Source: Octopus vulgaris (taxonomy: Eukaryota). Taken from it: 64,000 nt of DNA. The notes beneath the pieces were generated by a model that worked only from the letters and a program-made list of their open reading frames with translations, was not told the DNA's origin and ran no database searches. Within the stretch, counting starts at the first letter, position 1. Each line of letters opens with the position of its first letter. The stretch is taken from assembly GCA_951406725.2 (NCBI GenBank), contig OX597815.1:95976001-96040000 (forward strand), given 5' to 3'. Made by a program: the position numbers and the translations under genes. This document shows positions 53,292 through 64,000 of the stretch, piece by piece.

Positions 53292-55436
53292 CATTCACTA
53301 CAAAAGCGTCTAGAAAAATACTAAATACTTGAAAGTACTATAAATGTTGTGGCCTATCTCTAGTCAAACTTACCTGATAGTAAGCGATAAACAGAGAGAA
53401 CACTCCATAATATCAATGATTGACGTGTACAAAACCCAATCGTAAACAGTATTTTAATCAATAAAAGAAAATTAAACAATCAGCCACTTCCTGGCTGTCT
53501 AAAAATTGAGCTTAAAGATAAAAACGTATAGGACTCATTAATTAACCATGACTACGACGATCTTAATAGAGGTTATACGGTTAGTTGAATTAAGCAATTA
53601 AATTATAATTACAAATGTTACCGTTAGACATCCAACCCATACTGTTATACAAATTGTCCTATAAAAATGAGGCTGCAACAGTAAAGTGCCACAAATACAA
53701 TAATGGACACCCCTATGAAAAGCACTATTTAATAGGGAGTCACATCACAGCAATTAACGGCAATCCAATTTACGAATAACATTATGTCAAAAATACTTGA
53801 GAATGGCACCCCAAAATTGGCTTAAATAGAATCATTAAAAAATCTAATAATAGTAATGAGTTAAATTAAAATATGCAACTTCAACAGACAACGTGAACTA
53901 TTGGAATTATATTTAAAATCTCCGTTATTACTGTTGTTATTTTATCTTGAATAATTTTGGCAAAATTTTGGATATTTTTTTTCCCTTTTCAAGAATGTTT
54001 ATTTCGGTCTTGAAAATAAAGAATTAATAGAATTTCAGCTTCTGTTTCCAAATGTTTTTCTCATTGTACATCAAGGCTCATTATATTAATTAGATTGGAC
54101 AGAATTTCTCAACTAGGCATCATTGAAATTGAGTTTAATTCCATAGACATTATTATTATATACATTAGAAAATTAGACTTCCAATTATTAAACACCGATC
54201 ACCATCCGAAAAGCACGAAGTCAATAACAAAACTTGATAGGATTTTAGAAATATCAAATAAAAATATAAAAAAAGAAAACAAAACAATATTTTGAATTAT
54301 TTTAATGCACACCATCTGTTTCGGAAAATTAACGTAAGAAACAACAGTATGTAAATGGAATATTTGTTGGAGACCACAACAAACTATCATTTATCATACT
54401 TGCACTACCAGACTTTCCAACGTAGGCATTTAAACAACGGTTACTCAACAATAGATTATCTGTGAACTTTCTTCTCAGCGTTGTCATTCAAATGAGAGGG
54501 AAAGAGAATTTAACTGGACTAAAAGGACAGATTTTACTATATATTTAGAATCAAAACTGTCACTTTATAATATTACATTTTTAGCCGAAATTCATATCCC
54601 AGTTACATAAAATGTTACTAATATGTATTTCAATCTAAATAAAATCAATAACAATAGTAATGGTGAAGATAGCGACAATGAAAAATATATGGTAATGGAA
54701 AAACTCTAAGAATGACTGCTGGTGTATTAAAGATACCCTGGAGTCTAGCGAAGAGGGGCGTACAAATAGTATACGACTATACTTTTCCCGTCAAAACTAA
54801 CGCGGTATTGGCTAAATACTTTGGGTAGGGGAGATCACCATCCTCTTATGCACACATGACAATTCCTGGTAGCGCACGTCAGATACAGGCTTTTATGCCT
54901 TTAGTATAGACGTGCAGCGCGAGCTCGTCATATCAAACCATGCAGGAGATGCCAGAAACTTTCGGGGATGATGTAATAGGCAAAATAACTTCGTACATTT
55001 TGAACGAGAAGACAACCTCGGACACTTCCAAGAACGATCGTCGTTAAAGGTATGAATTGTATGTAAATGCCTGTGATACTACTGCAATTTTGTTGTAAAC
55101 ACTCAAATTTCTATCTTTAATGCATCTATCTAGCATGCAGCCAATTTTTTAAAGTTTTAGCGACTAATTAATAAATTTCGCATACAAATATTGGTCGGTT
55201 AATAAAATGTATTAGCACCATAATGAATTATATTTCTTTAGCAATGACGGAATGTATGCCATGGTTATTGTTTCGGTAAAGTTCAAAATCAAATTACATT
55301 TTAAGATAAAACATGAATAACGTCTGTACTGGACATTGAATATTGTTTATGTTACCGGATATACATCCTTTATCCAAACCACATGTAATTAACGCAGCAT
55401 ATAACCTGAATAAACATTTCTACTGGGTCTATTGTC

Positions 55437-55550
<114 letters not shown>

Positions 55551-55581
55551 CTCGTATATTCCAGCTTCTGTCTTTTATTTG

Positions 55582-55633
<52 letters not shown>

Positions 55634-55634
55634 T

Positions 55635-56083
55635 AAGTAATTAAGGGTTTAGCAACGATTTGCCTCACCACACACCGAGTTTAGAAATAGCAGTCAAAGA
55701 GTTATAGCTATTCCTTCTACTAAAAGGGAGATCTCAGTAAAACCACAGCACTTGAAAGGCAAACGCAGGGACAATCATAGAATATTAAGTCACCTACGGA
55801 CGTACGTTTCGAAATTAAGTTTTAGGAAAGCATAAGAATTAGATAATTATGTCTTACCCAACTATTTTTCTCATCAGCGTAGGACTCTACAATTATGAAT
55901 AATTGTATATTAAATTTCGAGGTACTAGAAGACATCACCTCAACTCATAGTATCAGAGCGAGCTACAGCCGTTACCAGTATCACCAAATTCAAAGTGTGA
56001 ATGAAAGTTTGTGTCACCAACCCCCTCCCCCTTTTACATGCCGAAATCTACTTGGTGAAATTAATGATTATTATTACTGATAA

Positions 56084-56085
<2 letters not shown>
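55635..56085 (-). mobile_element. Non-coding hammerhead-bearing repeat (retrozyme / PLE terminal-repeat-like)
   Basis: Bounded by (TA)n; contains a canonical hammerhead; partial relative at 57390-57480 (GGGTT.AGCAA..ATTTGC.TCAC..TTTAGAAATAGCAGT). Confidence 0.6.
55793..55883 (-). ncRNA. Canonical type I hammerhead ribozyme motif
   Basis: CCTACG-CTGATGA-GAAA...TTTC-GAAAC-GTAC-GTC-CGTAGG; perfect core, 6-bp stem I, palindromic ACGTACGT. Confidence 0.85.
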
Positions 56086-56119
<34 letters not shown>

Positions 56120-56121
<2 letters not shown>

Positions 56122-57200
56122 CAAATGAAAGACAGAAAATAGAATATACGAGAATTTATTATTAATCACGACAATTGTTTCGAACACATCTAGCATCGAT
56201 TCCTCATGGGTGGGACACTCAGCACCTGGTTCAGGAGAATTCAGTGGTGCAGATGTATCTCCTCCGGTGATAAATATCACTCGTTCTGTAGAGAGAAAAG
56301 AAACCAGACGGAGAAAGCATCTTCATTTATATAGAAAATCAAAAATAAAATCACAGATGACAAAAAGCGAAACGAACACGCAATCCAGCACGTAAAGTAT
56401 TTAAAATAACCGTTAACATATATGAATGTATGAACGCCCTCGGGAAATCAGCATGGCGCGCGTACACTCATGTTACAAGCATCCGCAAAAATGTGAGCAT
56501 ACACACACCTGTAGTTTGGTGTACTCATGATCACAAAGCGAGTTAGTTATCTACTTGGTGTTTATAAGAATGAAGAGGTTAAAAGAAAACTTAAGTCATC
56601 TATAGCTTCAAGTAAATTAAGTTAAGTTAACGTTTACTCAAATTTCATTCTCACTGCATTGTGCGAAAGTACATTTATATGCGCGTAAGTATATTGTGAG
56701 TCGTTCAGAAATTCTATTAATTATCTTCTCGTTAGTCCACAAAATAGAAAGGGATTCCTCGTTGCAGAGTCGGCATCTCCTGGAAATTATATAGTATGGT
56801 TTCGCATACATTACTATGGACCAGTTAATGCTGGACTTCGTTTTATCCTCCCTCATTCGCCATACAAAATCTGCCAAAGATGTTGAATGTCTCTTATTGA
56901 TTGTCTTAAAGCTGGCACCATGGTTACGATAACGATTCTTAAATGAATCAGCCGTCTACCCAATATAAACAAAGGGCCCTCCCCTTGTGTGCACGGTACA
57001 TTTCTATACAAGATATGTACTCATGCAGAGATTCATCAAAGGACAGTATTATTAGGCAGAACATTATCAATCCAGGCAACATACGTTATAAACACTTTGT
57101 TAGTACACCAGGCTAACAATATTGTTTAGATTAGTAAAGGAATCCACTTCAAATTTACTACAACAAAGCAAAAAATAACGCTATTATTATACCTTGTCTT
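56120..57200 (-). mobile_element. Penelope-like element 3' part (GIY-YIG remnant plus hammerhead)
   Basis: CPLMNLC..FVYIG..SFKNRYRNH..RHSTSLADFVW..CRLCNEE..I; stops and frameshifts. Confidence 0.82.
56165..56271 (-). ncRNA. Hammerhead motif with one core substitution
   Basis: ATCAC-CGGAGGA-GATACATCTG...TAGATGTGTTC-GAAAC-AATT-GTC-GTGAT; CUGANGA changed to CGGAGGA. Confidence 0.7.
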
Positions 57201-57207
57201 TGTCTGG

Positions 57208-57261
<54 letters not shown>

Positions 57262-57769
57262 TCAATAATAATAAAGCGTAAAATTAATTAATCAATTAAT
57301 CATTAATAAGTTTACCAAGTAGTTCGATATGTTAAAAGAACCATTATCGGTAACCTTATACAAAAATTCTATAATTATAAGCCCAATTATAATTAGGGTT
57401 CAGCAAAATTTGCTTCACGACGTACCCCAATTTAGAAATAGCAGTTAAATATTATTCCACTACCATAAGATATCACTCAGACAGCAATACTCTACAACTC
57501 ACGCAGGTAAAGACAAAAAAATCGTTATTTTTTTTCTGTTTACCTCTGCGAATTCAAAGGGCAGCACAAGCATTTGGGAGTTTGGAGTCACGTGTTTGGC
57601 GTCAACTACATATAAACAACAACACAAAATTGGCTCTTTATAAATCGTTTGTCTTACCATCACTGCTGTATTCTTCTGAAACATGGACGTGTTATTAAAG
57701 ACATTTCAAATTGTGAGAATGATTTCACCAAAAATGCTTTCGGTGCATTTTGAAAATAAAATGTTTTTT

Positions 57770-58340
57770 TTTTTACTTCAGACACAAACGTCTTTGCGTC
57801 TGCAGACATCACTTCAATTAAATAAATGATTCTGAAAAACCAAATGAGATGGTATGACTATATTGTGTGAACGGCAGATGAACGCACGTCCAAACAGCTT
57901 TTTTTTTTGGCGACCTTGCAGAGGGGAAAAAGCAATCAGTCTAAACCTAAAAAGAGGGGCTTAAGGACGGCATAAGAACTACCATGAAGCCACCTGGAAT
58001 GGATCCAAAGGGTATAGAAATCCTTGTTTCGGATCGAGGAGAGAGAATGGCGAACAAAAGTTTGGAGTGGAGTGAATGCGTTTGAAGGGGCCATGCAAGA
58101 CTCAAGAGAAATTTTAAAAAGTATGTTGTGATCGAAAAGATGAATCTCAGTGCTCTTTTCTTTGTGCACAGTTTGTAACAGACCATGCCTTTCTTTTTCT
58201 GGGTCTAAATCTCATTTGCAGACCCACGAAAAGCGAACCTCCACCAAATATTCTACCTACATACCTGTGCACACCTTCCAATGTCGTATATGTCATAAGG
58301 TCTGCAAATCTAACGGAGGCCTCAGAATTTATCTGCAGCT
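57770..58340 (+). mobile_element. RTE-clade LINE 3' fragment with C-terminal C2H2-like fingers, degenerate
   Basis: NQMRWYDYIV..DERTSKQLF.GDL.EG; CTVCNRPC..G.KSHLQTH; FQCRICHKVCKSNGGL. Confidence 0.7.
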
Positions 58341-60294
58341 CTTGGTGTTCGAAATCGGATATGCAATCTATGTAGGTGTCTTTTCAATATATTGTCTGGT
58401 TTAAAAATCCGCATCAGACACCATGATGGATCTAAGGTGTAATTATAAGAGATGCTCAAACTCAGCATACACACACATGCTTTTATTCACCCTTATCGTT
58501 TTCGCTTTTCATTCAAAGTTGTCATGCAAATATTATAATCCTTTCTATATATTTAATTGGTGCATTCACTTCCCCGTACATTCTTTCATTCTATTTTTGT
58601 TATCGATTCAATTTCTCCACTTTTCCAGGATGTTTACCTTGTCTGCTTCTATGATCTATTTTACCATTTGTTAGTTTTCTACTGTTTTACTTATATTAAT
58701 ATTCAAATTAAGATATATATATATATATATATACATACAAAGATACATGCATATACATATACCTATGTATATATATATATATATACATATGCACACCCAT
58801 ACGCACACGCAAGCACGCACGCAGGCGCCTACACATGTATATACGTATGCATGAACTATGTACCTGTAAATATGTGTAAGCTTGAATTTATGTCTGTATG
58901 AACATATGCCTGTATGAACATTTTCTTTCCCGCATATCTTCATTTTCGTGCAATTTAGTTTACGGATATTTTTGTCACCATCAAAGAAAATGATTTATAT
59001 TACTTTCTCTAACTTGTCATTTGGGAAATGTTTAAATTCTATACTTATCTAAAGAAATGCTAAGGGCAAAATTGGAGTTTGTTACATTCTGTACAAACCC
59101 ATGTGATATGTTTTGTTTTTTTATCTAATTTTTTTTTGACGCATAGAAAAGTGAAAAATAACTTTCATGCTTAAACATTAATGGGATAAAACCTGTTCAA
59201 TGATATATGATTGTCGATTTTCAAATACCTAAAGAATCCCTAAACATAAAAGAAAACTGAGTGTTACACAGGTTCTAAAACTTATAAAATTTTAATAATA
59301 AAACCTCTTGGTAAATAGTTGGTTTACGAAACAAGTGAAGCTGTGAAAATAAGTTAAAATATAACAATTATTTTTCACCATAATATATATGTAACAATAA
59401 TGTGCATAAATTAATAACAACGCTTGGAACAATTCCTTAGTGATTAAATCTTAACAACAGAAGTTATTAGCTGTCGTACTAAGGGAATATAGCAACGTAA
59501 AAACTGACTTGCAAGTAGAATGAATATTTTAAGACGTTGTTCTCTATGAATTATTTACAGAAAACACACACGGTAAGTGATGGAAATGGAACTATGCATA
59601 GTTTTAAAGAGATAAATAATAGATACGAGAAAAATGAATCGAAAAGTTTTCGGTTTTTCGCAATTATATATTACATGCAAGAAAAGAAGTATATGCTTTA
59701 CATGTAGTACAAACGAATCTATACTCTTATTTTAACAGATACGTAAGATGTAATTTAAAAAAAAACGGATACACACAGCACTATACACTCACAAATATGT
59801 ACATAAAATTATATGCATTTGCTCGCCTTTCTGTACACATAAATGTGTACACACGCATACATGCAGACATAAATGCATACAGACATATATACGTGTATGT
59901 GTGTGTGCGTGCATGTGTGTGTGTGTATGTTTCTGTATGGTTATACTGTGTGAATATCGCATATGCATAAATACCAGGACGATAGTTTATACCTATTAAG
60001 AGGTTAATGTTTGTAAATATAAAGTATTTTAATAGAATTTCTTCACAAATATGTGGAGTTGTATTGACATTCATAAAAAAAAATTAATGGCAAGGGAAAA
60101 TTAAAATGCATTTCATTTGGGACACGTGATTCAATATAGTGTAGGAATGGCGCACACGTTGAATTCTTATCAATATTAACAATAAGTACTAATTTATATG
60201 GCCAAACCACCTCAACATTCGTGTAACCATTTTGGTTGTTAGCTTTCCACTTATTCTGCTCGCCTTCGCATCTCCTCATTCTTCATCTTGTCTT

Positions 60295-61340
60295 TCCATT
60301 TCACACAGATAATAGCCCTCAGACATCTCATCTCAAACACATCTAGTCGCCTTCTTTCTGCATCTCTTCTTTCTACGACTCTGCACCATATAACATTGTC
60401 GGCATAATCACGCCCTCAATCACACATCTTTTCGCTTTCATACTCAATCTTTTATCTCTCAGCCTATCCTTCACAACTCCAAGTATCGTACTGCTCTCCC
60501 TCACTCTATATCCCACTTCTTCAGCCATCCCTCATCCACCGTCACATGTGATCCTAGAGACTTAAAAGGACTCACCTCCTCTAACATCCCACTATTTATA
60601 CACACATCCATCCTACCAGCCACCCCATCTCTCGGACATCTCATCACCTTACTCTTAGCTGCATTCACTTTCAGTTTCTCCCTCTCACACACTCTTCCAA
60701 ACTTTAACACCAGTCTCCTCAGTTGCACTTCCGAATCCGACACCAGTGCTCTATCATCAGTAGACAACAACTGACTCACCATTTGGGCTCCCCTACCAAA
60801 GTTTCTAGCATTTACTTCTCTCACCACACCATTCATATATAAATTAAACAGTCACGGAGACATCACATAACCTTGTCTTAATCCCATCATCACATCACAT
60901 TACTCACTAGCTTCACCACCCACCCAAAACGCACACACTACTTTCTCTATGGGTGAGGAGCGAATGTTTAGGTGTGTGATGAAGGCAGAAATGGTAGGTA
61001 CAAGAACCAAGGGCAGAGATGGGTTTGTGTGGATGGATGGAGTGAGTAAAGCTTTGGTGGTTACAAGTGTTGGAGTGAGAGAGGCAAGAGAGTTTACAAA
61101 TGATAGGAAAGCTGGGAGAGTGTTTGTGGACTGATGAGTGAATTTGATGTTGCTCAAAGTGGTAAGAAACCAGCATGATATGCGGGGAAAAACTAGCATA
61201 TGCTTCTGATATTGGTGGTTGCGTTCTATGGGTTGACCCGAGCATAGAACGGGGCTCGCTTCTTAGAGCTGGGAAATGTATGGAATGCCTGGTGTGTGCC
61301 TTGATTTGGCTACCTGCCCCTAGGGAAATAGGCATGAGTA
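60295..61340. mobile_element. RTE-clade LINE fragment with an inverted 5' segment
   Basis: Minus 60295-60890: LRQG..SP.LFNLYM..LLSTDD..LKVNAAKSKVM..LDVFEMRCLR; plus 60947-61134: MGEERM..GR..WMDGV, then 3' UTR to (TA)n. Confidence 0.8.
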
Positions 61341-61395
61341 TATATATATATATAAAAAATAATTCATCCATGCTTATGTTTTATAATATGTGTGC

Positions 61396-61490
<95 letters not shown>

Positions 61491-61854
61491 TCTGCCTATA
61501 TTATTCAATGCGTGCACACTGGTAAATGTTATGAAACAGTGAAATTCATTTCTATAAGGTATCGCAAATTTTGCACAATAACGTACATGAAATTACGATG
61601 ATAGTTGCCAAACCAAAATCAGCAAAGGTCTCTACAGCGCCTGATATTGGTGGTTGCGTTCTATGGGTTGACCCGAGCATAGAACGGGGCTCGCTTCTTA
61701 GAGCTGGGAAATGTATGGAATGCCTGGTGTGTGCCTTGATTTGGCTACCTGCCCCTAGGGAAATAGGCATGAGTATATATATATATATATATATAAAATA
61801 ATTCATCCATGCTTATGTTTTATAATATGTGTGCCTATATATATATATATATTC

Positions 61855-61911
<57 letters not shown>

Positions 61912-62061
61912 TCTGCCTATATTATTCAATGCGTGCACACTGGTAAACGTTATGAAACAGTGAAATTCATTTCTATAAGGTATCGCAAATTTTGCACAAT
62001 AACGTACATGAAATTACGATGATAGTTGCCAAACCAAAATCAGCAAAGGTCTCTACAGCGC
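61206..62061 (+). repeat. Near-identical ~430-bp tandem duplication (61206-61640, 61641-62061)
   Basis: Units match except for (TA)n/(GA)n lengths and a few substitutions. Confidence 0.95.
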
Positions 62062-62254
62062 CCAAACATTTTGGTAAATTCTAACTTTTATGGATAAACA
62101 AGTGCACCTTTTCTCGCTCTCTCTCTCTTCCCCTCTCTCTACATCACTCTCTCTCTCCCACACACAAACACACAAACACGCATGTATACATGTACACACC
62201 CACGCATTCACACACATTCACACACATACATATATACATACATACATACATACG

Positions 62255-62290
<36 letters not shown>

Positions 62291-63845
62291 TATAGAGAGA
62301 GAGTGAGTGAGTGAGAGAGAGAGAGAGAGAAAGTTAGATAAATGTAGAGAAGGGAGAGCAGACAGGTAGATTGAAAGAAAACTATGACTAGGAGCATATT
62401 TAGTGAGACCTAGTTGTCAGTTGACCTAGCAAGTGTCATTGCAACGGTTGGTACGTAATAACGGCTTTGAAAAGAATGCCCCGAAATGGCGCTCATTCTC
62501 TGCTGATGATCATATAACACTGGAACGCTTTCATCTTATAAAAGTTGTATCTGTAATTTTTATGTAACTAATCAGGAATTGTGAAAAAAACTCTCTAGTT
62601 ATATTGCAGCAATCGTTACACTTTTTCCACATAACTATCAGTAATAATACTGAATAAAATCCTTAATTGTTTGTAGCAGGGATATATTATCATTGCAATG
62701 TATTTGCATTTGGCGTGTAGAAATGAGGCAGACTCTGTACAAGAGGACTCGTTACAAGGATCATTATCATCGTAGTTGAAGTTGTCGCCTTCCTCGGCAT
62801 TATGATCTTTATCATAAGTCTATTGCAATTTCCACTTGCGTTGTGCAGGACAAGACATATGTCTCATTTCTCACCACATCATCAGCTTTATTACCACTTC
62901 CACATTAACAGTACTACTTTCCTCCCTGCATGTTTTCGATATGCCGTTCATGATTGAAACTGCTGTGAGTTGCACAGTGTGAATACAATGCATCTTTATT
63001 AGATTATTTCAATTTATAGCCTAGCAGCATTTATATCATTCCTTGTCTAGAACTGGGGATCAACTATTCCTCTATTAGTATATAATCGGAACGCTATGTA
63101 TATATCATTTTGAATAAAGAGATGACTAATGTGGATCAAGTAATATATTACTGGCAGATGAATAAAGTTGTCTAGATTTTTATGAAATCATACATTTTCT
63201 AAGAGCAATGAAATGAAAACCTGGAACCACTAATACTGGTTTACGTCTGCGTGTATGATTTCATGGCCCATCACACTTGTAATATGTAATAATACTGAGA
63301 GTATAGGTACGGTGGTGACTGAGAAAATTAAATGTCTCTTAGTATTTAAGATATATTAATGTCTCCTTGATAGGCCATTATGTGTGTACAGTATATCTAT
63401 ACGTGTATTGTAAATAAACCATTTGAAAATTTAGATGAAAATATTTGCAAAACTTCCAACCATTGGTGTCATCATGCTTCAATTTATAATTACCAAGAAT
63501 ATTTCAATGTGATTAATAGATCGCTTTACACATGTGCAGGAATAATCGTGAATTCAATGTAAACTACGTGTTGTAAATCAAATTTAATGTGTATATGCGA
63601 ATCAACTAGAAACGCATGCTAACACTACTTGCATAACATAAATAATTTTCAGCTATGATATTATCTCTTGTAAATATAAAAGAAATAAATAATACAAGAT
63701 AATAATACACACATCTTGGTAGTTATATTTACGACAGGAAGAGGTATACGACGGCGTATAAATATGGCAAGAAAATATATCGAAACATATACGTCAATAC
63801 ACCTTGTCTTTACATATAAAAGTGTGTGTGTATGTCTGTAGTCTG

Positions 63846-63884
<39 letters not shown>

Positions 63885-64000
63885 ATACATATATGCATGC
63901 ATACATACGTACATAAGTACATATATACATATGTATACATACATGCATACATACATACAGATCTCCAAACCACTGCCCTCTAGACAACAATTATCAAGAA

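Noticed and set aside
54700-55056. GC-richer block ending in AAG|GTATGA as a possible exon
   Set aside because: Only a ~35-codon ORF and no partner exons; unsupported without RNA data.
58150-58404. C2H2 zinc-finger-like ORF as a host ZNF gene
   Set aside because: It is contiguous with a decayed RTE C-terminus and the second finger lacks its His ligands; treated as part of the LINE.
61131-61170. CTGATGAG as a hammerhead core (also 26661, 46849, 62505)
   Set aside because: No properly placed stem II-GAAA-NUH-stem I; at 61131 it is simply the RTE stop codons.

Overview
AT-rich, microsatellite-dense eukaryotic DNA with no host protein-coding gene I can support. The SINE, microsatellite and Dong/R4 mix resembles a coleoid cephalopod such as octopus; this is an inference from recalled repeat families. 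Nearly everything recognisable is mobile-element derived. (1) R4/Dong-clade restriction-like-endonuclease LINEs from at least three families, most sitting in (TAA)n tracts, including a 4-copy array at 0.9-4.5 kb and an intact 434-aa 3' ORF at 45-46.3 kb. (2) A near-intact DD34E Tc1 element and several mariners. (3) CR1- and RTE-type LINE fragments and many tRNA-derived SINEs. (4) Penelope-like (GIY-YIG) remnants. The most notable signal is a dense set of type I hammerhead ribozyme motifs with palindromic stem III (11.5, 28.8, 30.2, 33.8, 55.8 and 56.2 kb, plus degenerate ones). One pair belongs to a composite tRNA-head + (TAA)n + hammerhead element with an inverted terminal copy, a candidate Penelope-mobilised retrozyme-SINE that also serves as a landing pad for an R4 LINE. 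Also present: a 182-bp-arm near-perfect palindrome, a mariner foldback, an inverted RTE and a U2 snRNA 5' fragment. Most listed ORFs are microsatellite or antisense artefacts.
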